DNA from: Camelus dromedarius
Lineage: Eukaryota
Assembly: GCF_036321535.1 (NCBI RefSeq)
Contig: NC_087437.1
Coordinates: 98,148,001-98,212,000 of the forward strand
DNA length: 64,000 bases
Direction: 5' to 3'
Shown: one piece after another, positions 39,601 to 51,912 of the stretch
Position numbering within the stretch: position 1 is the first letter of the stretch
How the letters are laid out: each line of letters begins with the position of its first letter
Position numbers and translations under genes: made by a program
The notes under the pieces: model-generated
Seen by the model: only the letters and a program-made list of their open reading frames with translations
The model's database searches: none
Told to the model about the DNA's origin: nothing

Positions 39601-41019
39601 TGGAAAGACCATAGAATCTCTCTTGGCTTACACGGACAGGAGGGAATGTCCCAACACTTGTGATGATATCCTATGGGGTGAAGCAAACATAGCGACAGAT
39701 GTGTCCAAAGTAAGCAATGTGCAGAGAAATCTGATCCAGATATGGGATTATGGTTCAAGGTCAGGGTTCCTAGCCTAATAAAATGCCCCTACCAGAGAAA
39801 AAAAGAAGGATTTTGAGTGGGGAACTAGTCACTGGGAAAAGCATTAGCATTAGAATTTGAAAACAAAGGAACCACAAGCCGAACTAGCAGTAAGGTTGAT
39901 TTTTTAATGCTGCGTCCTGCATCTTACTCAAAAAAGACTCCTTAAACATTCCCAGACTAAAGGCAGGTCAAGTTACAGAGAATGTACTGAGCTAGAATGT
40001 GCAGGCAAGATCAAGGGGCTCTAACAAAAGGGGAAGAATGTGAGGATAAGAAGGCAGGGAAGTATAGAAAGGGATTGACGGGAAAGAAACTTGATGAAAA
40101 TGTTCAGCTGGGCAGAAATACCCAAGAAGAACATTATAACTAAATTGCTAGAATATATAAAGAAGTCAGGAAAGCAAATTATCCAAAGAAATAAAAAATG
40201 GACAAACCAAAAAAGATGAGCACTTCAGAAGCCAAAATGTGAGGAAGTATCCATCTCTGGCACACATAAATTACTGCATAAAGATTTGCTGAATGAATAA
40301 ACAAAGTAATGGAAAAAATAAGATTTTTTTATTGTGGAGACTGGAGTCAGTTTTATTCTGTCCTACTTTAACTTAAGATGGTTACAAGGTATCTATGCTT
40401 CATCTAAAATTTCCACTTTTCAGACTATGCATGAATTATCCCACTTGTACACCCAAATTTCTCCAGACAGGAGTTATTTTATAAAAGTAATCATTTTCCC
40501 CTTGAAAAAAATTAAATAAAATCAGTGGAAGCCATTGATAAAAAGTAATTGTAAGCACTAAAAATTTGTTTTCCTCTACTATTGCTTTATTTTTCAGTGT
40601 CCTCTCTTAGTAGGAAAAATATTAATCTATTCAGTTTTATCCTAGAACCATATTTTTTACATTTAATTAGAGAGACAACATTTGCATAAACATACCCTTG
40701 CTAAAGGGCATACCTTAATAAAGACAGTATAACATGCTTCTATAACCTAGCAAGGTCAGTCCATGAGAAGTATAAATTAAAAGATAATTGAGTAACTGCT
40801 AGAATAATCTGAGAAGATAGGAAAGAAGATCATGCCTGGAGGGCAAAATAATAGAAAAATAAGTATAAAATGATGAGATCACAAGGTACATTTTCAATCT
40901 GATAAAATGATAAAAATAAACTGGACTTTGAGTCAGGAAGAAAAGGTTCTAGTTCTATGACTTACTTTGTAGTCTAGGATAAAACATTTTAATACATTTC
41001 TGCTTGAGTTTCCCAGTTC

Positions 41020-41640
41020 TTGCTTCCCTCCTTTGCCCTCCTCCTTTGCTATGCAGTGGCCATAGTTATCTTTTTAAAACATAAATCATACCATGTTTAA
41101 AACTTCCCATAGTTTAAAACTTCCCTGTTTAAAACTCCCCATAGTTTCTTGTTACAACTGGGATAAAATCTAACCCATTCCCCATGACCTCCATCACCTT
41201 ACGTGAACAGAATCCTGCCTATTTCTCTGAACTCATGTCCTCCCACTTCTCCTCTCATTCCCTGTCCCTGGATTGCTTTATGTTCCTTAAATGCTACAAA
41301 GATCATATGTGCTATTCGTGTGTCCAGAATACTGAGCCCCAGGTCCTCCTGCAGTTGGCTAGTTTTTATCACCTAGGTGTCAACTCAGATGCTACCTCCT
41401 CAGAGATATCTTACTTGACTTTCTATAGGAAAATAGTCACCCCATCCTCATCCATCCATCTCTACTATATAACAATAACTTTTCTTTATAAAATGCACCA
41501 CTATTGAAAATCATATCTTTTTATTATTTCTGTGCTTATATAGTGTGTATCCCACCAACAAAACATCTCCTTTCCTATCTTATTCATCACTGAAATCTCT
41601 GCTTCACAGTTATGATCCATAAGTACTTGCAGAATAAGAG
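41020..41640 (+). mobile_element. LINE-2 3' region with short internal tandem duplication (tttaaaacttccc x3, ~41096-41147)
   Basis: tctttttaaaacataaatcataccatg...tcaactcagatgctacctcctcagag. Confidence 0.75.
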
Positions 41641-42031
41641 AAGGAAGGGAAAAAAAGGAGGAAGGGGAAAATGAAAGGAAGGAGGAAGAAAGGGAGAGAA
41701 CTGAATATATAAAATATTTGACATTAAAATGAGAAAAAATATGAAAAGGAATATTGGAAATAACCATCAAAGCATTACTTAGATATCACAACATTCTTAA
41801 ATATATTGAAATACCACAGACTTGGTGTGATTTAGAGGAACTTCATATACAATTGTTTTCATTTTCTTGATATTTCAGTGAAACCTAAACAATGAAAAAC
41901 TTTTGTGTACATGTGGGCGAGTGGATGTGGATATGTATTTTAATTTTCATGCTTTATTTGGGTGAATCTAGGGTATAAAGAAATATGAAAGACACCCTCA
42001 GAGCACACTTGAGATGTCTGCTTTCACATAC

Positions 42032-42128
42032 CCATGTGCTGTTTCTCTAAATTACACTCTTCCAGCTGGCTTGGTTAATTTTGAAGTGATAAGCTAACAG
42101 TGCCATATCACACCCAAGCAGTATAAAA
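42032..42128 (-). pseudogene. Exon remnant: FILLGCDMALLAYHFKINQASWKSVI*RNSTW
   Basis: ttttattgtgtttttatacag| ... TGG|gtatgt; 97 nt, phase 2 to 0. Confidence 0.6.
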
Positions 42129-42779
42129 CTGTATAAAAACACAATAAAACAGTGATAAACAATGGATTATTTCAGTGGCATATGGCAGACACACAGTCAG
42201 GCCAGCCTCAAATACAACCCTTGGATTATGTTTAAAAATCAGTGTTTAAATTATAGATTTAGCTTTCCAGGAACTCCTTGTAAGCAGTAAGCAATTATTT
42301 CAAGGAAAAGAAAGGGAGGGTCAGATAAAAGAAAAAAAGAAAATACACTGGTCATTAAAGAAGAAAAATAAACTAGAATTAGCGAGTAGTGCATGCATGG
42401 CAATCTACAAGGGGCAATTAAACTGCATGGAAGTATTCAGCAGGAAGAGATGACAACAAATAGGTTGACAAGTATGAAGGAAAATAAATATAGAGAAAAC
42501 CAGGGGATAGAGAGCAAAGGAGAAAGAAGGAAAATAAATAAAAATTTTAAAAGCCCCTCTTAAACTATTTGGGCATAAAATTAATTTTTTTCACTAAAAT
42601 GATAAGAAAAATCCATGTTGCACATCACAGAAGGGTTGGGAATGCATTGCTAAAATTTTATTTCCACCATCCCTACGTAAAAAGAAAAAAAAAAATCTTC
42701 ACCAGAACATGTCTTCCTAAATACTTCACTCCTCAACCATCTTCTTCTGGGAAAGGGGTGCTTCAGAATAAGTACTCAC

Positions 42780-42841
42780 TCCAACTTGCTGAGATTAAAG
42801 CTTCCATGTAAAGACCTCAGAGTGCAGCCCACTTTTTACCT
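42780..42841 (-). pseudogene. Possible exon remnant (62 nt), frame ambiguous
   Basis: atatttag| ... GGA|gtgagt. Confidence 0.35.
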
Positions 42842-42879
42842 CTAAATATATTATTTATGCACTGTATTTTCAATTGTTT

Positions 42880-43445
42880 TGTTAATGAGGTGAGTTTTGG
42901 ACCCCAAAGAATGGGGGCTGGTTTCCTGTGGACTCAACCATGTAATCAGAAGTTTGGAATTTCCATTCCTACCCCCCTCCCAACCTCTGAGGAGGTGAGA
43001 GGGACTGGAGGTTGAGTCAATCACCAATGGCCAATGAGTTAAGGAATCATTCCTAAATGTATACCAACAGATGAAGGAATAAAGAAAATGTGGAATACAC
43101 ACACAATGGAATATTATTCAGCCATAAGAATAAAAGGAAATTTTGTCACATGCCACAACATAGATGAATCTTGAGGAAATAAGCCAGTCAAAGAAAGGCA
43201 AACAATACATGATTCCACTTACATGAAGTGAAGACACTTATATGACTATCTAAAATAGTCGAACTCACAGAAACAGAAAGAAGAATGGCGGTTGCCATGG
43301 GCTGGTGGGAGGGGAAATGGGGAATTGCTGTTCAATGCATTTAGAGTTTCAGGTTTGCAAGATGGAAACGTGCTATATAGCATTGTGCTTATAGGGAACA
43401 ATACTGTATTGTACACTTAAAATTTTGCAATATTCACCAAAAAAG
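42880..43445 (+). mobile_element. MER21-like LTR fragment (42880-43055) abutting an L1MB-like 3' end (43055-43445)
   Basis: ggactggaggttgagtcaatcaccaatggccaatga; caacagatgaagg...acacaatggaatattattcagccata...gtacacttaaaatt. Confidence 0.8.
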
Positions 43446-43982
43446 GGATTTCCTTACTTTACTTATAGATATGAAAGGACCTTTTAATCTATAATTTATT
43501 TTTTATTTATATACACAGTTCAGTGACAAAAATTAATCATTGTAAAGTCAAATTATTGGTAAATATGGCTGCTTGCAGTAGGAAGTATTGATCATCATAC
43601 AATGACTTGAAAATAAAGATTTCCTAATCTCAACACTTTGCTCTCTAGCAGCAATATAAAATTATAAATGAAAAATCTCAACTCCCATCTAAAGCATGAA
43701 ATTCCAGAGTTACTCCATATTAAGGGGAAAAAATATGTGCTTAAAGCTAAGATTCATATTTTATCTTTCTGGAGGAGAGGTTTTCCTCGAAGAGAGAACC
43801 CACCACCAGATAAATCGTGATACTATAATACACAGAGGGACTTCTACCAGTAATGACATTCATTGCATGACCGCTGAATTGCCCCAGCCTACCAGAGAGC
43901 ATCCCCAAAGCACATGTATACCACAGAGCATTGTAATTAAAGTCAGAGGTGTTTCTTCCAGTTTAAAAATGTTGCTACTCAC

Positions 43983-44242
43983 ACACCAAACATGGGTTCC
44001 ACTGTCCACTTCTCTCACACAGACTTTCACACAACATAAAACCTTTAATCACGACATTAGTAGAATCTTCTAAGCAAATAAAATAATGATTTACTCACAT
44101 CCCTACTTTTCCCATATGATTATGGAAAAATGAGATATAGGCAAATAACTGGTGAGCCCAACTTATCATGGACACACTAAAATTGTGAAGTGGTAGGAGT
44201 CTGTGGTTCATGGGGAAAATTTGGGAACAAATAAAGGTGAAG
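43983..44242 (-). pseudogene. Two adjacent exon remnants (44099-44242; 43983-44069: DSTNVVIKGFMLCESLCERSGQWNPCLV)
   Basis: tttctttag| ... GAT|gtgagt and tttatttgcttag| ... TGT|gtgagt; the second is 87 nt and open in phase 1 to 1. Confidence 0.55.
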
Positions 44243-44559
44243 CTAAAGAAATATTCATTTATCCATCTCTGTGAGGTCAGGAAAGCCATGCTGTTCTGGT
44301 CTTCACTATGTCCCCAGTGCTCTGAAAGTGTTCAATAAAAATTCCTTGAAGGAATGAGTGAAGGAATGTCCAAGGTTACATGGATCTAGTCTGGAAAAGG
44401 GTAATTAAGCCAAATTACATGCTGTGAGAGTATATGAAAATACCAAGCTAACAGCTCTTTATTGCCATAGACGTTTTCATGATGTTCATTTATGAAATCT
44501 ACATATTCAGAGCCAGTCTCAGTTTATAAAATGTAAGTATTCACATAGAATTTATTTAC

Positions 44560-44749
44560 CTATGCTTTCTTCATAAATAGCATCATTTAAGACTTGTTAG
44601 CTGAATCAAAGAATTAAGGGCAATTTCTTTTTCCATAATTTTACCCAAACGATGAAGTGCACTTTAAACATACACAGTGCTGCAGGTCAATTATATCTCA
44701 ATAAAACTGGAAGGAAATAAAAGTTCATGGAGGAAGACTACTGTAGTGT
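44560..44749 (-). pseudogene. Exon remnant split by L1 micro-insertion: HYSSLPP*TCSTVYV*SALHRLGKIMEKEIALNSLIQLTSL/NDAIYEESI
   Basis: tataatttcag| ... TAG|gtaaat; frame continuous once 44686-44722 is removed. Confidence 0.6.
44686..44722 (+). mobile_element. 37-bp extreme 3' L1 fragment inserted in a pseudo-exon
   Basis: gtcaattatatctcaataaaactggaaggaaataaaa matches an L1 3' terminus; removing it restores the flanking minus-strand frame. Confidence 0.65.
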
Positions 44750-45932
44750 CTGAAATTATATAATATACAAAGCACATAGTTAACTTTATTCTAAATAATC
44801 TGAAGTCAAATTTATATTCAGGTTTTAAGCTTAAACTCTAATCTTCTTGAAGATTAAATGTATCCAGTGGTTTATGTTCTGTAAACTGTTCTTTAAACAA
44901 TCTCATATGAATGAATTAATTCTCACAATTTGTACATCGTTAGAATTGTCCAGTATTTTCACCTTAAGTAAATACCCATATTTACTTTTATCTGTAACGG
45001 TTACAAACCTTTATCATTCTTCCCTAAATCACTTAGCTGGACTCACCTACTCCTTTTTAACAGATGGCCCAGCCTCCTACCTCACAGAGAAAACAGCAAC
45101 CATCAGTCACAAGCTCCACCCCCGTGTTCCCTGCATGTTCCCCAGCTCCTCCCCTTCCCTTCCATCCCAGAGGATGCCTTGCCTAATTCTTCCAAAGATA
45201 ACACCTCTCTCTGTGTCCCTGATTTCATCTTCCCCTCCCATCCCTCTTCCTCTCTTCACCCAGTCTGTCAATAAATGTTTACTGAGTGCCTTCGAAGTGC
45301 CAGAATATTTGAAGCCTGGGGATACGCTGTTAAAACAAAGCCTCTCTCCTAGTGGGGCTTTCCATTCTATTGTGTGTCCTCCAAGCCTTTTTTAACATTC
45401 ACCTCCTTTTTAATCTTCAACATATCCTCACTAGGCGGCTCTTCTCATCCCACTTGCAAACCAGTTTAACTCTTCCTCACACTGCAGATGCATCTGCTCC
45501 TCCTGCTGACCTTGAAGGCACGTGTCTCCTTCCTGTACTGCTACAGCCAGCATTCTCTGCCACAGCAGTCCTGGGCAACCTTTACAGAGACACACTTTTG
45601 TTTCCACTCAGGTGAATGAGGACTGAGAGGTATGAAAGTGGAAACAGTCAGGATGTTTCTCTTTTTGTAAACACAATGGTGCTGTAGAGTTGCTAATTTA
45701 ATGCTCACAGAACCCAACCTTGCTTGCTAAGTTAAGTAAAGAGCTTGGAAAGCAACTGGCCTCTCTGCCTTCTGTCTTTATTCCTTTAATCTGAACTTCA
45801 CATAATTACTGGAATGTCACAGGTTTCTTCCCTTATTTTCCTTATAAAGTTAGTTTTCTGATAATAAAAGTAACGGATCAATCTTTTAAAAACTCACTTA
45901 ATCATTTCATTCCCCGTGTTAAGATATTTAAT

Positions 45933-46055
45933 GAAAGAAGGAGGGGGGAAAGAGTATGGCTCAGTGGTAGAGCACATGCTTAGCAGTCATGAGGTCCTGG
46001 GCTCAATCCCCAGTACCTCCATTAAAAAAAAAAAAGTAGAAGAATTAAAAAAAAA
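45933..46055 (+). mobile_element. tRNA-derived SINE (camelid vic-1 type) with A-rich tail and 12-bp TSD
   Basis: A-box tggctcagtgg, degenerate B-box ggctcaatccc, body ...agagcacatgcttagc...gaggtcctgg...cccagtacctcc; TSD aagatatttaat at 45921-45932 and 46056-46067. Confidence 0.9.
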
Positions 46056-46559
46056 AAGATATTTAATAATTCCCACAATGATTATAAGGTAAAGTGCAAG
46101 CACATGTTATGTCATGAAAGCTTTACAATAGGACGCCAGCCAATCTTACCCATCTCTCTCTCTGAACTCGTTTGTCTCCCAACAATTCAGCATCATTCTA
46201 GTCTCCCTAAGCTTGAAAGAAGCTGAGAACAAAGAGGATGTTGGGAATATCCTTCCCATGAGGCTTTAAGTTAGAATCAGCCATTGAGAGGCAATTTGGA
46301 ATGTAAAAAGGAAAAGAAGGCTTATTCCTCAGATATTGCAAGCAGATGCTTGGGTGGTCGTGAGATCTGAAATACCTTCCAAGTGGGCTCTTGAGAATCA
46401 TCCCACAGCTACTCCACCCTAAGCTAGTCTTTATCTCTCCAAGGCTTTCCAATGAGTATAAGCTTCTAATTCCCTGAATTAAACCTTTCAACCCTGCAAT
46501 ATAGAGAGTAGCTGAAACTTTCCTGAACAAACATTCATAGATATACCCACCCAAGTGGA

Positions 46560-46930
46560 CACACACACATACCCTATATTCCAGCCAAACCAAAATTCTT
46601 GCCATTACTAAAATCCAATTTATCTTTTTGATATCTGCTGCTCTTTCTGCACGGCACACCCTTTCCCACACATTTCTGCCTGAAAAGTTCCCAGTCATCT
46701 TTCAAATTCACATGTCACCTTCTAACTGAAACCTTCCCTACTCCCCCCAGTTATTGACACATTCTCCATGGGGAGCCCCTAACATCTGGTTCACATGTCT
46801 TACATGTATTTAAAGCATTGTTTCCATGTCTTCACCTTGTGGAGAGGAATCATGTTTTATCAGACTTTGTGGCCTCGGTTCCCAGGACAAAGGCCGTCAT
46901 ATAGTAGGCATTCAACAACATGGGTTAAAG
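46560..46930 (+). mobile_element. LINE-2 3' end
   Basis: catctttcaaattcacatgtcacctt...gaaaccttcccta...atagtaggcattcaacaa. Confidence 0.7.
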
Positions 46931-47297
46931 GTTTCATTTTGAAATAAAAAGCCATTAATATAAATAAACATTTTCTTCACAGCAAACTCTCAAAATTGAG
47001 AGAGTAAACTTGTACGTGAGGAATGCATCTCAGGCTCATGGAAGCATGCCAGGAGCCCCTCTCTCCGGGATTACATGGACGGGAATGGATGGTTAAGTAA
47101 GCAAAGTTATCCTGCCTCTCCCTTGCCTTTCTCCTCTCAATCTCTGCATCACTCATAAATTTAGTTACTCCATATACTGGCATCCTAGGAGACAGGTTTT
47201 GTCCCAGACTAACTCCAGTGTCCTCACACATTTCAATTCCCAAATGCCTGCTCCAGAGGAAAGGGCTCCTCCATGTCACCACATGAACGGCACTGAC

Positions 47298-47540
47298 CTT
47301 CCCACGGGAGATGCTCCGGTTGCCCAGACAAGGGCAGCCTGGGCGCAGTGGAACGTGCCCCAGCCACATGTGCAAGGCAGCAGCAGCAGCACAACCAGGA
47401 GAGGAGCCCCTGCTGCGGTGGCCGTTCTCTCTCCCTAACACGGTCCAGGTGACTCTGCCATTATTAAAAATGGCTCCTCTTTGATCCAACTGATGCCAGC
47501 TTCCGTGTCTTGTCCTTTTCCAGGAAGCTTCAGTCTGCTT
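47298..47540 (-). pseudogene. Exon remnant, GC-rich: KQTEASWKRTRHGSWHQLDQRG..., alternate frame ...APLLVVLLLLP...ASPVG(R)
   Basis: ttttctctgtctttgctttaag| ... AAG|gtcagt; 243 nt; non-repetitive; phase to the next exon requires an internal frameshift. Confidence 0.55.
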
Positions 47541-47679
47541 CTTAAAGCAAAGACAGAGAAAAAAATTAATCTGATTAGCTCTTTCGCTTGGTTTTAATTT
47601 TCCTGAGAAGCTCTATTCAGATTACATACTTTTAAATGTGTTAGACAAAAGTTGCTTACAACTCCACCTTCAACTGATG

Positions 47680-48235
47680 CAGCAAATACGGCATTTATTG
47701 GGCATTGACTTGACAAGGTTGTCTTAGGGGCTGGAGCAGACTGATAAAACAAGATAAGCAGGTTCTTTGCCCTCTGGGAGTTTACAGTCTGGGGTTCTGG
47801 TGGGGGTAGGGGTGGGAGGAGGTAGAATAAATTTTAAAAAATAAATGTGCAATATAGCATAAGAGTAAGTGTTATGAAAAACAAAAACAAAAACAGAGCA
47901 GAGCAGAGTATTGAGAGGGCCGGGGGGATGGGCAGAAGGGACACGCTCTTTTATCCACTGTGGTCCAACGGCTGCTCTATGATGAGGAGCCCTTTGTGCT
48001 GAGATCTGAATAAAGCGCAGGGATATGCCATGGAAGTGTCTGTGGGAAGAGCGTTCCAGGCGATGAGAATAGAAAGGCCCTGGGGAAGTGAGGCCTGGAG
48101 TGTTCAAAGGACAGCAAGAGGGCTAGTGTGACTGGTCTGAGATGAGTCTAGCAGGAGATGAACTGGAGAGGTGGGCAGGGGCCAGACCACTTAGAGATTT
48201 GCAGCGGGAGTCAAGGCTTCAGCGAGGTCTAAATT
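47680..48235 (-). mobile_element. LINE-2 3' region
   Basis: catttattgggcattgact...tgccctctgggagtttacagtctgg...gctgagatctgaa...aaaggccctgggg...gggccagaccac. Confidence 0.85.
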
Positions 48236-49177
48236 ACGGCGACACTTTGTGACAGGACTTTAATTAAGGCCGTGCTCAACGTTCTTCACTCCTCTAGAGG
48301 AAGGAAAATAAATTAGCCAATCTAGGATGAGTAAAACCAAGAAAGTTATTCCTGGTGCCAATTGTTCTGTTATTTGTTATGCTATCTATTTTCTAAAAGT
48401 AATGACCTTGTTAAAACATCTCATTTATTTACACCCAAAGGACTTTGAATAAACTGAACTTAAATGGGTGTGAGTGTTTTTACGAAGTTGGAGGAAATTC
48501 CTTCTCCGCCTGAAAGTGGTAGAGGAGATTTCACCAATGTCCTTGTGACATCCTTTTTTTATCTCTGGGGAATGCAGTCAAGTTTTTAGAGTTTTGAATT
48601 AACCTTAGAGATGATGTATTGTTTTACATATGAGAACACTGTGACTTTTGCAAAAGTCATCCAAGCCATGTTCCAATCAGATTTCAGCAGCACTTCAGTA
48701 TGTAAAGTGGGCTTTGGAGCCAGATACACCCAGACTTACAATCCATTTGTAATCCGTCTGCCACTCTGAGCCTCAGTTTTCCCAAATCGGCTGATATTAG
48801 AATCAAATGTAAACATCCTGCCAAGTGCCTGGTACATCACAGGCACTTTAAGCTAGTATTTCAATCTCAAACTGCAATAGATCACTGATGTAACCAAAAA
48901 CTCTGCCACACTGTATATACAGCAGACAAATGGGTCACAAACATATCAGGCAGGATTTTAATACCTATTATGGGTCCTTCTAGTCCATCTCACAGACCCA
49001 TGTGCAGCTACACTTTGATTTGAAAGATGTTCCTACGTGTGTAGGTTCACTCCCATTGATGGATCAGCAACTTAAGCTCAAAATCTATTGCATGACTGCT
49101 GTCTGGGTCCAGGATCCGTAGAAGCAATTTGTAACCTAAAGAGGGAAAATATCTAGGGGCATCTAGCAGATACTTGC

Positions 49178-49240
49178 CTCTGGCTTCTTATGTGACAAGA
49201 CCCCCTGGGATTTTTGTAGTTGCTTTGAGCAAGGAAGCAT
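49178..49240 (-). pseudogene. Possible exon remnant: MLPCSKQLQKSQGVLSHKKPE
   Basis: ttgttgttcaaag| ... GAG|gcaagt (GC donor); 63 nt, open, phase 0 to 0. Confidence 0.35.
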
Positions 49241-49597
49241 CTTTGAACAACAACAACAAACTTGCTGATGTAAGGGAACGTTCTTGGAATTGTTATTTCA
49301 GAATCCACGAATCATTAAGATTTGAGATTTACCAGGGAATTTGCTTTCATCGCCACAATCATGTAAAAATGGCAGAGCCCAACAGGACACAGATCTATCT
49401 GCCTAGTCTGTCATGAACTGCCCCAGGCAGCTGGAACCTCAGCCCACAGCTGGGCTACATTTTAATTCTTGGCATTGCTCCTATGTATATTCTTGTCACG
49501 CACTCACATTATAAATCATCTTCAGTTTATTAAAACTCAAAACATATGTATAAAAATTAAGTATTAAAATTGCACATAGACACTAGAAATTTCTTAC

Positions 49598-49807
49598 CAA
49601 TGTCAATGTGTACAGCCCATCTGCCCTCTCCCACGGCCTTTGGTGCTCTTTCCTTCCAAGCAGGGGTGCTCAAGGGGGACTGATTTCAGAGTCAGATTTC
49701 CTGGACTTCAAAGGCCTCCATGTCGAATACTGGAGGTACTGAGGAATATTATTTTCCTGCTTTTCCCAACGGGCTTCTAAGAAGCTAGCAGACTGGCTAG
49801 AGCTATA
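49598..49807 (-). pseudogene. Exon remnant: YSSSQSASFLEARWEKQENNIPQYLQYSTWRPLKSRKSDSEISPP*APLLGRKEHQRPWERADGLYTLTL
   Basis: tctgacctcttttcttcag| ... TTG|gtaaga; 210 nt, phase 0 to 0; one TGA at 49670-49672. Confidence 0.7.
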
Positions 49808-50842
49808 CTGAAGAAAAGAGGTCAGAGAAGAAACTTAGAAATCCACTGTGACATATTTGAGAAAAGGGAAAATAACCCTTTTCATTATCGTCCTTTCCCT
49901 TCTTTGCTCAGAGTTCTTTTCATCTCCCCTAGACTTCCATTTGCTTCTACGCTTCCAAAGACCACGTCTAGTGTGTCTTATGTGTAGCTGCGCCACATTC
50001 CTCACCTCCACTGAATTGATCAAAGGATGCTTATTCAATATCTCCACTTACCGATTGGAGTTTTGACCTTCTTCTTACATAGTAACATCTAGTATTATAT
50101 ACTAGGTACTGATGGTAACCACTATTATAATAACCACTTCATCAATCTTATCTTCATTAGAAACAGTGATAATTATCATTAATAGGAACTTCATAACATG
50201 AAAGAAACAACTGTCATCTCTAAGAAATAATATCCTACTTTGCTGAAAAATTCTCCAATTTCACCATGAAATATTTTATGGTAAATCCTTCCCCATGAGA
50301 AGCAGATAAACATTTTAGAACAGACATAACCCTAATCAATGTAGACAATTATACCATTGGCAAAAATATTTTACTGTACTTTGGGACAAAGTCTTAACAA
50401 ATATTTCCTATTTTGTTCAGTAGATGAAGCATGATATTTAAATGAGGATTAAAAAATTTTCCCCAACACTTTACTTCCAATGGAAACATCTGAATGTTAA
50501 TACTTCACTTTCTTCTTTGGCTATTCCCTTGTCACCAGACCTTCCTACTGTCTCATGTTAATATTTATAGGGCCATATTTAGATAAGGCAAGACTAAATA
50601 TGAGATTAAAAACAAACTCATCATCGCATGGTACATTTAAGGAAATATCCTAAATATCATTAAAGACTAGGCTTCCTTCTTTCCATGTCATTTTTTTTCT
50701 GTTTTCTACTCTATGATGTTATTTGATGGGGTAAGTATAAAATAATCATAGTAATATGTATATTTCAGGTATCTCCAAAGACATAAAGCAGCAAATTTGT
50801 GCTTCCCCATAAACAGAAAAAAATAGAAATAAAACAACCTAA

Positions 50843-51027
50843 AGCAATGGTTTCCAAAGTGTGCACCCTGGACTGGTAGTAATAACATTACTAGGAACTC
50901 ATTAAAAATGTAAATTATCAAGGCTCCATCTCATAGATACTGAATCAGAAACTTGAGTAAAGCCCGGCAATCGTTTAATAAGCTCTCCAGGTGATTCTGA
51001 TGCACCCTGAAGTTTGAAAACTCCTGA
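50843..51027. mobile_element. MER5A-like element
   Basis: caatggtttccaaagtgtg...tactgaatcagaaact...ctccaggtgattctgatgcac...gtttgaaaac. Confidence 0.85.
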
Positions 51028-51086
51028 CAAAAGTGGGGTTTTTTTTTCAATTAGAATTAATGTATTTTCTTTACTTGTATTCACAC

Positions 51087-51204
51087 CTGGAAATCTTTAA
51101 AAAGTCCCATTTTGTGATTAAGAGCAAGGTAATAGACTTGCTATGCAAATAGTTCAGAGATAACCATGGAAATCATCCACCAATGCCAGAAAATTTAGTT
51201 GAGA
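51087..51204 (-). pseudogene. Exon remnant: SQLNFLALVDDFHGYL/SELFA*QVYYLALNHKMGLFKDFQ (inferred 2-nt deletion)
   Basis: tttctcctctgatttccaaacacag| ... CAG|gtgtga; 118 nt = 120-2. Confidence 0.65.
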
Positions 51205-51377
51205 CTGTGTTTGGAAATCAGAGGAGAAATGAAGATTTTATTTAAAAAAATAAAAACGTAAAGACACGTGCATCCATGGAAGTCAAAATGCCATTATTTA
51301 AATACTACCTACATGTTTATAACTATTCCAAAATGAAATAAAAATTGATTTAGGTAAGCTAGAAGAACACTTAAGGA

Positions 51378-51912
51378 TGTGTGGCAGGCAGACTTCTGGT
51401 CCCTGTAATATTTGTTCATTACTCCCAGGAATATATTAGCTTATACAGCAAAAGGAACTTGGAAGATGTAATTAAAGTTGTTAATCAGTTGACTTTAAAT
51501 AGTGAGATTATCCAGGTGGACCTAATCTAATCACATGAGCCTTTAAAATCAGAGATCTTTTTTCCAGCTGGTAGCAGAAGGGGATGTCAGTGAATGAAAG
51601 CAGGAGAAAGACTTAACCAGTTACTGATGGCTGGGGAAAGAAAGGGGTTAAGGAAACGGGGACCTCAGTCTTACAACTGAATTCTGAAAACCAGTGAGCT
51701 TGGAAGCAGATTCTTCCCAGAGCCTCCAGGTAAGAGCCCAGGCTGGCTGGCATCTTGGTTTTAGTCTCTGGGTGGAGCTGAGCTGAGAGAACCTAGCTGA
51801 GCCTCACTGTGCCCAGACTCTGACCTCATGGACTATTAAGATAATGAATGGGTGCTGTTTGAAGCTGCAAGTTTGTGGTAATTTGTTATGGCAGCAACAA
51901 CAAACAAATACT
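51378..51912 (+). mobile_element. MaLR solo LTR (MLT1E-like)
   Basis: gatgtaattaaagttgttaatcagttgactttaa...gagcttggaagcagattcttcccagagcctccagg...tgtggtaatttgttatggcagcaa. Confidence 0.85.

Noticed and set aside
45941..46020. tRNA gene-like sequence
   Set aside because: A-tail, TSD and mutated B-box identify it as a SINE, not a functional tRNA.
44847..46698. ORFs of 182, 87 and 163 aa
   Set aside because: Overlap L2 fragments or low-complexity pyrimidine-rich DNA; no splice structure or recognisable domain.
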